DNA of 64,000 nucleotides from Promethearchaeota archaeon (GTDB taxonomy: Archaea > Asgardarchaeota > Lokiarchaeia > Sigyniarchaeales > SOKP01), in contig JAHPZI010000023.1 in NCBI GenBank assembly GCA_019058295.1, positions 12,766 to 76,765 of the forward strand, written 5' to 3'. Both the position numbers and the translations under genes were made by a program. Each line of letters opens with the position of its first letter. Positions within the stretch are counted from its first letter, which is position 1. The notes under the pieces are model-generated. The model saw only the letters and a program-made list of their open reading frames with translations, did no database searches and was not told the DNA's origin. Positions 10,880-20,366 of the stretch are shown here, one piece after another.

Positions 10880-11004
10880 AATTTTATTTCTGCAATCTTT
10901 TTGTTGAAAAATAATAATTAAAAATAATAAATATTATAGTCTTATTATAAAAAATTATTATTTACTAAAATTTAAACAATAATCAAAATTACTTTTATTT
11001 ATTA

Positions 11005-13908
11005 ATGACAGTTGCGGAAGATACACAAGTAGAAATAAATTATTATAATTTAAAACTAGAGGAAATCTACAAAAATCTTCAAACTGATCCAGATAAGGGA
11101 TTAAGTGAAGAAGAAGCTGTAAGAAGATTAGAGCAGTATGGCCCTAATGAAATCCCAAGAGTTTCTAAAGGTTTTATTAAGATTTATCTAGCCCCTCTCT
11201 TCAATTGGCTCATTGTTATTTATCTTATAGGCGCATTGATATTATTCTTAGCTTGGTTCTTTGGAGAAGGGGGCAATATGACTTTTATCGCTCTTACACT
11301 TGGCATCGTTTTTCTTAATTGTTTAATAGCTATTTTTCAACAATATCGTGCCACTAAAAAATTGAAAGCTCTACGAGAACTTACTGCACCTACATCAACG
11401 GTTATTAGAAATGGACAGAAAAAAGATATCCCAACGAAAGAAATTGTAAGAGGAGATTTAATAGCTCTAAATCAAGGTGATAAAATTCCTGCTGATGGAA
11501 GAATAATTAATTCAACCATTCTTGAAGTTAACGAGGCGGCTCTAACTGGTGAAAGTGAATCTGTACTAAAGCTTCAAGAGGGTGAAGCATTGGACGGGGC
11601 AAAAATACCCATAGGCGACCGAAAAAATATGGTTTATTATGGTACATACGTAGCAATGGGGAATGGAACCGCAATAGTAGTAGAAACGGGTGGAAATACA
11701 GAAATTGGTAAAATTTCTCAAGGATTAGAAGAAGCTGGAACTAGTGAGATACCAATACGTAAAAAAATGAATAATTTTGGAAAATGGTTAGGATTATTAG
11801 TTATGTTATTTTGGTTTATAATTTTAATGATTATATGGATTGGAAGTGGTTTTAAAAAGCTAGAAATAGTCAAGAGTCTTAATTCGGCAATGGATATAAT
11901 GCCCATTAATATTCCGTTATTGACAACCATTGTTCTATTGACTGGTGTTTTAGCAATGGCTCACCATGGAGTCATTGTTCGAAATCTTGCATCAGTTGAC
12001 AGTTTAGGACGAGTAAGCGTAGTTTGCAGCGATAAAACAGGGACCTTAACCAAGAATCAAATGGCAATTGAATATGTATGGACAAATAATTCTATATTTA
12101 AAGTAACTGGAAGTGGTTATGATCCTGAAGGTGATATTTTTTTTATGGATGATCCTAAAAATCTCGTAATAGTAACCCGCATTGATGATTTTCCGGAATT
12201 GAAACAATTATTAACTTCAGGCTTTTTAAATAATAATTCTGCTCTTGTAAAAAATGAAATTGAAGTTTCTGGTAAAATTATTCCAAAATATAGTGTAATC
12301 GGTTCTCCTACAGAAGGAGCATTAATGGTCTTATTCCAAAAGGGGATGGGTGATTATATTTTGGAAAGTTACCAACAATTAAAAGAATTCCCTTTTGATT
12401 CCTCCATTAAAAGAATGAGTAAAGTTTTTCAGAAAGATTCAGAATATTATACATTTACTAAAGGAGCAAGTGAAATATTAATTGAACTCTGCCCAAAAAT
12501 CTTGATTAATAATCGTGAAGAAGATTTTACTCCTGAATTGAAAGAGAAAGTATCTCTTAAAATAGATAGATTTGCCAATCAAGGATATAGAATATTAAGT
12601 TTATGCTATAAAAAAATGAATGAAATTCCTCTAGACACAGACGAAAGCAGACAACTATGCGAATCAAATCTGGTATATCTTGGTTTTGTAACTATCTTGG
12701 ATCCACCTCGAAGAGGCGTAAAAGAATCAGTAGAGCAGTGTCAAAACGCTGGAGTTGATGTGGTGATGATCACTGGCGATTCTCCTACAACGGCAAAAGC
12801 TATTGCTTCACAAATATCAATTGTAAAGGATGAAAACGATTATACTATTGAAGGTTATCAAATAAAAGATATTGACTCTAATGAAGATTTTAATAATATT
12901 AAAGTTTTTGCTCGAGTAGCTCCTGCGGACAAACAAATTATAGTAGAGAAATATCAAAGAGATAAAAGAGTTGTTGCGATGACTGGCGATGGTGTCAATG
13001 ATGCTTTAGCATTAAATATGGCTGATGCGGGAGTTGCAATGGGTATACAAGGTACAGATGTTGCTAAAGAAGCCTCGGACATGGTTATATCTGATGATTC
13101 TTTCAATTCGATAGTTAAAGGGATACATCAAGGGAGAGGGATTTTTGCTAAAATTAGAGCTGTTGTTTTCTTCTATATATGTATTAATTTATTTGAAGGA
13201 ATAGTACAATTTATTTTAGCTGTAATTTTAGATTTACCATATTTTTTGAATCAGGAATTCTATTGGCAATGGATCTTTTTATCAATAACGCTTCATACAT
13301 TTCCAGGTTTACTTTTAACTTTTGATACTATATCTAATGATGTAATGAATGAAAAACCAAAAGATACTGAAGAAATATTGTCAAAGAACACAATTTATTT
13401 AATGCTTACGTACGGAGCTTTATTATCAATCTGTATGCTTATAATCTATTTTTCAGTTATGATTGGATTATTTCCAGTAACTTATAGTAATACTCATTTT
13501 GGATTCCTTAACGAAGGATATCTTTATAGTTCAGAGACTATGGATGAATTAACGCCAGATATAAATTTACGTATAGCAAAAGCTCTCACTATGCTTATGG
13601 TTACATTATTTCTCTGTGAATCTTTTCTAATTCTACAAATTAGGCGCCCAAATAAATCATTAATAAAAAGTCTTAGGGAAGATTGGAGTAATAGAATTTT
13701 ATACTTGTTAGGGTTATTATTCGGCATATTTTTAATTATAATGTATGTCCCAGGAGTTCAAATTGGGCTAGCAACGATTGGTATCAACTTTATGTTTATG
13801 TATCTTACACTTTTAGACTGGATCGTATGTTTTGGAGTGTCATTGATATGCATACTTGGTTTTGAACTTATTAAAGCTAATGCCCGAAAGAGAGGAATTA
13901 ATTTCTAA
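11005..13908 (+). CDS. P-type ATPase, tandem paralog with atypical TM4 (MPINIP)
   Basis: LTGES, CSDKTGT, KGASE, DPPR, MITGD, TGDGVND motifs. Confidence 0.95.
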   Translation: MTVAEDTQVEINYYNLKLEEIYKNLQTDPDKGLSEEEAVRRLEQYGPNEIPRVSKGFIKIYLAPLFNWLIVIYLIGALILFLAWFFGEGGNMTFIALTLGIVFLNCLIAIFQQYRATKKLKALRELTAPTSTVIRNGQKKDIPTKEIVRGDLIALNQGDKIPADGRIINSTILEVNEAALTGESESVLKLQEGEALDGAKIPIGDRKNMVYYGTYVAMGNGTAIVVETGGNTEIGKISQGLEEAGTSEIPIRKKMNNFGKWLGLLVMLFWFIILMIIWIGSGFKKLEIVKSLNSAMDIMPINIPLLTTIVLLTGVLAMAHHGVIVRNLASVDSLGRVSVVCSDKTGTLTKNQMAIEYVWTNNSIFKVTGSGYDPEGDIFFMDDPKNLVIVTRIDDFPELKQLLTSGFLNNNSALVKNEIEVSGKIIPKYSVIGSPTEGALMVLFQKGMGDYILESYQQLKEFPFDSSIKRMSKVFQKDSEYYTFTKGASEILIELCPKILINNREEDFTPELKEKVSLKIDRFANQGYRILSLCYKKMNEIPLDTDESRQLCESNLVYLGFVTILDPPRRGVKESVEQCQNAGVDVVMITGDSPTTAKAIASQISIVKDENDYTIEGYQIKDIDSNEDFNNIKVFARVAPADKQIIVEKYQRDKRVVAMTGDGVNDALALNMADAGVAMGIQGTDVAKEASDMVISDDSFNSIVKGIHQGRGIFAKIRAVVFFYICINLFEGIVQFILAVILDLPYFLNQEFYWQWIFLSITLHTFPGLLLTFDTISNDVMNEKPKDTEEILSKNTIYLMLTYGALLSICMLIIYFSVMIGLFPVTYSNTHFGFLNEGYLYSSETMDELTPDINLRIAKALTMLMVTLFLCESFLILQIRRPNKSLIKSLREDWSNRILYLLGLLFGIFLIIMYVPGVQIGLATIGINFMFMYLTLLDWIVCFGVSLICILGFELIKANARKRGINF

Positions 13909-13942
13909 GGAATACTGAATTATTTATTTTAAAACTTAAGGC

Positions 13943-15238
13943 CTATTTTCGCATTTTTCGATAGTCCACTATTGGAAGCTTATTAATATTATAAGGGAGA
14001 GTTGCATTATCAGGGATCGGATCGATATAACAATGTCGGAATTTCGAATGCTGCATCCTGCAGAATGGAGTTCGATGATTGAAGGCAGGATGACGTACCA
14101 TTCTCATCCAGATCTTCTTTAAAGGTTCAGTACGAATGTTTCCAAAAGAAAGAGGTGTAAAATCGCAGGGAGCAACATCTCCATATGCAGAAACATAATA
14201 CTGAATATTTGCTGCTAGACATCCCATCCCTCCGAGATATGATTGCATAGAGGTCTCAATCCACGATTGATAAGAAAAAGGAGGTATTTTCTTCTCTTTG
14301 AATATTTCAGCACAATAATTACGGATTTCTTCACGCTGCTCTTGGGTAAGTATCTCACTTGTATCTTTCAAATTATATGCTGGAGGAACACCATCAAAAA
14401 GCATCAAATTCTTAGTACCAAGTTTTTTTGCTAGTTTATACATTTTTTTATACATTCCATTTATAGTGGCAGAACGTGTCGCGTAAGAAGAGAGCCCAAC
14501 AAATACTCCTTTTGATTTCATTTTCTGAAGACCATTCACTGCAGTCTCAAAAATACCCGGCATACCTCTTAATCTATTATGCTCCTCAGGAGATGGACTA
14601 TCAATACTTACAAATATAGAATAGAGACCTGCATCTACTAATTTTTCTACATTTTCATCTGTGAGTAATAATCCATTTGTAAACATAATGGGTAAAGCCT
14701 TACGTTTATTCACATAAGATATAAGTTCAAAAATATCCTCCCGTAATAAGGGTTCTCCCCCTGTAAAAGCGAGAATAGTTACACCGAGTTTTTGGCTTTC
14801 ATCAATAACTCTTTTTGCCTCTTCTGTAGTAAGTTCTGGTATATCCTTTCTCAAATGACTTGATGCACTACAATGAACACATTTACACTGACATCTATAA
14901 GTTACCGCAAAAGTCATCGCAACAGGAAAAGGATGACCTATTAAATTGGATTTTACCAAATTTTTGAGAGCTCGCAGCATAGGAAAACTTCCAATTGGAG
15001 GGGCATATGTGTTTGTAACTATCTTTCCTTTCCATCGCCCAAGAGTAGAATAATTTTTATAAAATTTACTCTGAAAATAAATCATTGTGAATAACCGGAA
15101 TAAGCGAAATTTATCAAGAAGTGGGTTAAGAAGGCCTGTACCTATTAATTCATCATCTTCTAATCTCTTAAAGCTTATGAGCTTTCTGCCGAAAAGTTTC
15201 CAAAAAATTTGCTCTCGTTCCATTGATAGATATCCCAT
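13943..15238 (-). CDS. Radical SAM protein with SPASM/twitch domain
   Basis: CQCKCVHC (CxxxCxxC), FTGGEPL, C-terminal GC.A......GDV.PC...GNI. Confidence 0.9.
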   Translation of the reverse strand: MGYLSMEREQIFWKLFGRKLISFKRLEDDELIGTGLLNPLLDKFRLFRLFTMIYFQSKFYKNYSTLGRWKGKIVTNTYAPPIGSFPMLRALKNLVKSNLIGHPFPVAMTFAVTYRCQCKCVHCSASSHLRKDIPELTTEEAKRVIDESQKLGVTILAFTGGEPLLREDIFELISYVNKRKALPIMFTNGLLLTDENVEKLVDAGLYSIFVSIDSPSPEEHNRLRGMPGIFETAVNGLQKMKSKGVFVGLSSYATRSATINGMYKKMYKLAKKLGTKNLMLFDGVPPAYNLKDTSEILTQEQREEIRNYCAEIFKEKKIPPFSYQSWIETSMQSYLGGMGCLAANIQYYVSAYGDVAPCDFTPLSFGNIRTEPLKKIWMRMVRHPAFNHRTPFCRMQHSKFRHCYIDPIPDNATLPYNINKLPIVDYRKMRK

Positions 15239-15399
15239 TATAATATATAATTTGTATAATTCAAATTATAAATATTTACCTCAACTATAATATTAGCTAT
15301 TATTTATAATTAGCTGCAAAATTAACACAAATTCTTTAATATATTTGCGATAATAACAATTATATATCTTAAGTTAAATATTATTAAAATGATTAAAGG

Positions 15400-16827
15400 T
15401 TGATAAATAGTAAGATAATTAGTGAATTAGAATCCATCGTATCAAAAAAATTTGTTTCAGACAAACCCGAAGTAACCTATTTATACCATTATGATTTCGT
15501 TACGGCAGAACCAGAAGGGAAATGTGATATAGTCATAATGCCAGATTCAGCTGAGCAAATTCAAGAAATTGTTAAGATTGCTAATAAATATAAAATTCCA
15601 CTAGTTCCATGGGTTTCTGGAATAAATTTTGGTTCTATAGCAACTCCAAGAAAAGGAGGTATTTTAGTTGATTTAAGACGATTAAACCGAGTACTTGAAG
15701 TAAATGAGGATGATATGTATGCTGTTGTAGAAGGAGGTATAACTTGGGCTGATCTTCAAGGTTATCTTGAAAAGAATCATCCTAATTTGAGAGCAGGGAT
15801 AACTTGGTCACCTCCAGGGACAGGTGTGGTACCTGCATGTTTGTGTTATGGGATGTTTGATTTAGGGATGATTGGTGGAACAGGTGCAGAGTTTATTAAC
15901 GGTTTAGAAGTTGTCCTTGGATCTGGAGAATTAATACGGGCAGGATCATGTAGTCTTTCAAATTATTGGTATGGTCGCCAACCTTTACCAGATTTATCAG
16001 GATTGTTTATAGGATGGGAAGGTACAACTGGCATTGTAACTAAAGCAGCTATTAAATTATGGCCAAAATTACCCTACAGAGAAGATTTTACCGGTATAAC
16101 TCTGAAAATGGATGATGGATTCCCTGTATTACTCAAACTTTCAAAAGTGGGACTTGGAATAAGTGATATATTAAGTGTAAATCTTGGATGGGTTCAATCT
16201 TGGCAAGGGTTAAACGAAAAAAATGCGGTACAAGATGCTATAGCTGAAAATATGCCAGATTTTATTTCATATATAACAACTCAAGCATATTCTGAAAAAC
16301 AACATGAAGCTCAATGTGATGCGATTAGAGATATTGGTACTAAAGGTGGTTTACGGATAATGTCATCGGAAGATGGTGTTGAAGCAGCACAAAGTCCTCC
16401 ACTTTTAGCTTGGGGATGTTGGAATTTCTCCAGAGGAGGTGGAGGTCAATGGATTGGGAGTTATTGTTCAACTAGAGAGGTTGTAAAATTTTATAATTTA
16501 AGTAGAAAAATCTGTCTTAAATATGGTAAATCACCACAATTTTATAGCAGAATAATGTTTGGAGGTCATTATGTTGTTGCTCGTTCAAATATTAACTTTA
16601 ACAAAAACGATCCAAAAGAAATTGAGAATGCAAGGAAAATTTTAAGTGAAATTCATGACGAGGTTCATAATTTAGAGGGAGTAGTTATGTATAAACCCCC
16701 CTTATGGGCTTTAGAGTATAATAAGAATAAAACATTTCCTGCAACAACTAAATTAATTAATAATATCAAAAAGCTTCTCGATCCAAACAATTTAATGAAT
16801 CCTGGACAAGGGATTGGAGATAATTAA
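15400..16827 (+). CDS. FAD-binding oxidoreductase (VAO/GlcD/PCMH superfamily)
   Basis: P....I..IVK.AN, GLEVVL.SGE, G.EGTTGIVT and C-terminal DPNNLMNPG. Confidence 0.88.
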   Translation: MINSKIISELESIVSKKFVSDKPEVTYLYHYDFVTAEPEGKCDIVIMPDSAEQIQEIVKIANKYKIPLVPWVSGINFGSIATPRKGGILVDLRRLNRVLEVNEDDMYAVVEGGITWADLQGYLEKNHPNLRAGITWSPPGTGVVPACLCYGMFDLGMIGGTGAEFINGLEVVLGSGELIRAGSCSLSNYWYGRQPLPDLSGLFIGWEGTTGIVTKAAIKLWPKLPYREDFTGITLKMDDGFPVLLKLSKVGLGISDILSVNLGWVQSWQGLNEKNAVQDAIAENMPDFISYITTQAYSEKQHEAQCDAIRDIGTKGGLRIMSSEDGVEAAQSPPLLAWGCWNFSRGGGGQWIGSYCSTREVVKFYNLSRKICLKYGKSPQFYSRIMFGGHYVVARSNINFNKNDPKEIENARKILSEIHDEVHNLEGVVMYKPPLWALEYNKNKTFPATTKLINNIKKLLDPNNLMNPGQGIGDN

Positions 16828-16829
16828 TA

Positions 16830-17885
16830 TTACTTATCCATTTCTTTGAAATAAGGAATAATTCTATCTCTAAAAATCTCGTAGACAAGATTTGAATCTG
16901 GGCCGCGATTCATTAAAGACAAATGTGTTGCTCCAGCATTTTTAAATTTTTCAATACTGGCAATAACGTTATCTGTAGTTCCTATACAATTCGCATCTTC
17001 ATGTATTGATCCCGGTAATCGATCTATACATTTCAGTAAATCTGCAGCACCCTCACTATCTAACAGGATATTATGTATGGTTAAATCTTCAGGTAAATTT
17101 AAATTTGGATAAGCTTGATTAAGTTTTGTAGGATTTAATATATAACCTGTTTTAAAAAATTCACATCTATCTATTGCTTTTTGAGGATCATCGTCATCAA
17201 TAGCTACAAAACAATCATAAACATAATCAATCCCGGAAGAATCACGACCAGCTTTTTTAGCAGCATCTACGACTTCATTATAATTTGCCTTATAAGTCCA
17301 AGGAGTCTCAACGAAAGGATACCATCCATCACCTAATTCACCAGCTATTTTTCGGGTCTTTGGGCTATTTGCGGCCACATAAATAGGAGGAGTCTTCTGA
17401 ATGGGTTTAATTTGAATAAATCCATTTTTGATTGTACCCCAAAAATCACTTTTTATGTTTATCCTTTTTTTCGTCCAGAATTTTCTTATAATTTCTATAT
17501 ACTCTCTTAACTTTGTTACAGACCTCTCTCTACTAAGACCATAAAAATCAATATTCATTGCCTCTCCAGCTCCTATGCCTATCATCGCTCTTCCTTTAGA
17601 AATTACATCTAAAGTAGCAACTTTATGCGCCATGAGAGCAGGATGAAATCTATGGCAATCGGATACTCCCGTGCATAATTTTAATTTATTTGTTTCCATC
17701 GCTAACGCTGTTAAAAAACAGAGAGCGTCATAACATGTTCCAGGTGAATTTAGCATGGTTGTATGATCTGCATAGAAAATGGAATCAAATCCACAAGCTT
17801 CAGCCTTTTTTGAACCATCTATCATATATTCAAGTCTGGGAGTTGGTACAGGTATACTAAAACTAAACTTCAACTCACTCATCAC
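16830..17885 (-). CDS. LLM-class flavin/F420-dependent oxidoreductase
   Basis: AE..GFDS....DH, HPA..A...ATLD.IS.GR...GIGAG, A.ELGDGW motifs. Confidence 0.9.
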   Translation of the reverse strand: MMSELKFSFSIPVPTPRLEYMIDGSKKAEACGFDSIFYADHTTMLNSPGTCYDALCFLTALAMETNKLKLCTGVSDCHRFHPALMAHKVATLDVISKGRAMIGIGAGEAMNIDFYGLSRERSVTKLREYIEIIRKFWTKKRINIKSDFWGTIKNGFIQIKPIQKTPPIYVAANSPKTRKIAGELGDGWYPFVETPWTYKANYNEVVDAAKKAGRDSSGIDYVYDCFVAIDDDDPQKAIDRCEFFKTGYILNPTKLNQAYPNLNLPEDLTIHNILLDSEGAADLLKCIDRLPGSIHEDANCIGTTDNVIASIEKFKNAGATHLSLMNRGPDSNLVYEIFRDRIIPYFKEMDK

Positions 17886-18061
17886 TCTCCTTTTCTATTT
17901 GGTTTCATAATTGGTTATTTTAATTTAAAATAATCAACCTTTTTTTAATAAAAAAATGTTTTAGTTGGAATATTTTCCCCAATAAATTAATTTTTAAAAT
18001 AATTCAAATTCATATCAATATAGAATAAAGTTATCATAAATTATAATAAAAATGTGATTTT

Positions 18062-19387
18062 ATGAGTAAATCAATAGTTTCTATTGGTAAGTATGAAAAA
18101 CCGTTTGAGTCTGTCAAGAAAGTTATTGAACTTGCGAACGGACTTGAAAATTTACCATCTAAAGCCAAAGTATTTATTAAACCTAATATCGTATATTGGA
18201 ACCGACATTGCACTATTCCAAAATGGGGTGTTCTGACAACTTCTCGAGTAATGGAAGATGTCGTAGCTTTGCTTAAAGAAAAAGGGATTGAGGACATAAT
18301 CATTGGCGAAGGGATTGTCAAAGAAGACCCGAAAGATAAAGAAACAGCCGCTGATGCTTGGGAAAAACTTGGATATAATAAACTTATTGATAAATATGGT
18401 GTTAAGGTATATGATTTATTTGAAAGACCTTATGAGAAGATTGATCTAAACACAGGATTTAAGACAAATTTTAGTTCTGATGCTCTTAATGCAGATTTTC
18501 TAATTGATATTCCTACTCTTAAGACGCATGCTCAAGCCATGGTTAGTTTGGGCCTCAAAAATTTGAAGGGTTTAATTAGTGTTGCATCTCGAAAGAAATT
18601 TCATAATGCTGACCCCGTAAAAAATCTTGATCATAATGTTGCTCAACTCGCAAATAAAATACCTCCTTCTTTAACAATTATAGATGGGATTTATACTCTT
18701 GAAAGAGGTCCCGCCATTGATGGAAAAAGTCATAGAAAAAATATTCTTGTTGCATCATCAGATATATTAAGTGCTGATATGGTTGGAGCAAAATTGTTAG
18801 GTGTCGACCCTTCAACCGTCCCATCTTTAATCCAAGCAGCAAAAGATCGAAATAGACCTACAGATTTATCCGATGTTGAAGTAGTTGGAGAAAAGATAGA
18901 AAATCTGGCGTCTCATCATGAGTGGGATTTTAAATATAATGAAGCAGATGATTTACCCCTTCCTTTCCAGAGAGCGGGTATAGAAGGTATAAAATATCAT
19001 AAATATGACTCAACCATGTGTACATACTGCAGTGGCATGAACGGACTGATTTTAATAGCTATTAAAATGGCTTATAGGAAGTCTAAACCTTTTGATAAAG
19101 TCGAAGTGTTATCTGGTAAAGTTATGACACCCACACCTGGAAATAATAAAACTATTCTATTTGGGCAATGTCAATATAATTTGAATAAAGATCATCCAGA
19201 GATTAAAGAACTGATTTCAATTCCAGGATGCCCCCCTTCAAGGGAGGCTATACAAGAGGCTCTTCAAAAAATTGGATTAAAAGTTCCTAAATCTTTTTGG
19301 GAGAATTTAGATAAAGCCCCAGGATGGTTAATGCAGAAATTTAAAGGGAAGCCAGAATTCGAGGAATCTTTTTTTCAAATTCAATAA
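18062..19387 (+). CDS. DUF362 domain protein with C-terminal Cys cluster
   Basis: IKPN, IGEG, LKTH, SLGLKNLKG, IDGI..E.GP; C-terminal CTYC, GQC, GCPP. Confidence 0.85.
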   Translation: MSKSIVSIGKYEKPFESVKKVIELANGLENLPSKAKVFIKPNIVYWNRHCTIPKWGVLTTSRVMEDVVALLKEKGIEDIIIGEGIVKEDPKDKETAADAWEKLGYNKLIDKYGVKVYDLFERPYEKIDLNTGFKTNFSSDALNADFLIDIPTLKTHAQAMVSLGLKNLKGLISVASRKKFHNADPVKNLDHNVAQLANKIPPSLTIIDGIYTLERGPAIDGKSHRKNILVASSDILSADMVGAKLLGVDPSTVPSLIQAAKDRNRPTDLSDVEVVGEKIENLASHHEWDFKYNEADDLPLPFQRAGIEGIKYHKYDSTMCTYCSGMNGLILIAIKMAYRKSKPFDKVEVLSGKVMTPTPGNNKTILFGQCQYNLNKDHPEIKELISIPGCPPSREAIQEALQKIGLKVPKSFWENLDKAPGWLMQKFKGKPEFEESFFQIQ

Positions 19388-19436
19388 TTTTAAAATTCTG
19401 TATATAACATTTTATTTTTAATCTATTTACTTATTC

Positions 19437-20366
19437 TTAAATTTGCGATTTTTCGCTATCTTTCTTTAATATTAAAATTTCATTTAATCTGTCGGTATAA
19501 ATTTTAACTCCCTCGTTATCATTAATATCATAGCAAACGTCTATAATTCTAGAGTACTTATTTATTGCTTTTTGAAAATTCTTTTTATCAAGTTCTTCTT
19601 GAGCTTCCTTTAGCAAATCTTGTATTAATTTTTTTGATTTTTGAATATGATCAACGCTTTTCTTCTCAATTGTTTTTACATCTGCATGAAATATCTCTAT
19701 TAATATAGATTCTATCTCTATAATTAATTCATAAATTCTTTTAGGATTATTAGAATCCCAATTTGAATAGGTAATAGCTTTTTCCCAAAATTTATCTATA
19801 TCTCCATCAAATAATTTAATGATATCTAAAGGAATGTTTAATTTAGGTTTCTCAGGATAATCAGTAAAATCTAACCCTATAATAAAATGTTCATCCAAGG
19901 TAATAGATAAGTAAACTAAAGCATTAGTAATTGAATCTATAAATTCCGTTTGAAAATAATACATTAAATCCTTGGCTTCGCGAGCAATTAGAACTTCTTT
20001 ATCAATAAGTTGCACAGTTTCCTCCTTTACTTCAACTACCTCTTTCTCAACTGGAGGGGCTTCCTCAATGATTTCAATTTCAGGGGGTTCCTCTTTCTTA
20101 ATTGGAGGTGCTTCCTTAACTGGGGCTGGTTCTTTGACAACTCTTTCTCTCGGTTTTATTATAGTTTTTTCTTTAACTTCAGCTATTTGTTGCAATATCT
20201 CTCTTAATTCGTTTTCCAAGGTTAATTTATTAGATTTAAATTCATCAAGAGGTATCGCTCCTTGTTCCAATTGTTTTTTCAAATTTTGAATGGTGATGAC
20301 AATTTCTTTAACTCTTGATTTTAATTGTTGTATATTTTTTAATATTTCCTCTTCACTCAATCTCAC
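19437..20366 (-). CDS. Multidomain protein: helical hairpin, Pro/Glu-rich linker, UBC/UEV-like domain, MIT/TPR-like helices
   Basis: 309-aa ORF. Its GTG start overlaps the upstream gene's TGA (GTGA at 20366-20363). E2-fold hallmarks LIAREAKDL, DYPEKPKL and NWDSNNPKRIYELIIEI. Domain calls are inferred. Confidence 0.6.
   Translation of the reverse strand: MRLSEEEILKNIQQLKSRVKEIVITIQNLKKQLEQGAIPLDEFKSNKLTLENELREILQQIAEVKEKTIIKPRERVVKEPAPVKEAPPIKKEEPPEIEIIEEAPPVEKEVVEVKEETVQLIDKEVLIAREAKDLMYYFQTEFIDSITNALVYLSITLDEHFIIGLDFTDYPEKPKLNIPLDIIKLFDGDIDKFWEKAITYSNWDSNNPKRIYELIIEIESILIEIFHADVKTIEKKSVDHIQKSKKLIQDLLKEAQEELDKKNFQKAINKYSRIIDVCYDINDNEGVKIYTDRLNEILILKKDSEKSQI

Noticed and set aside
7991-13908. 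Calling the two P-type ATPases Ca2+-ATPases or true P4 flippases
   Set aside because: Ca2+ site II ligands are missing, yet the A-domain has TGES rather than the P4 DGET and no CDC50-like gene is adjacent; substrate left open.
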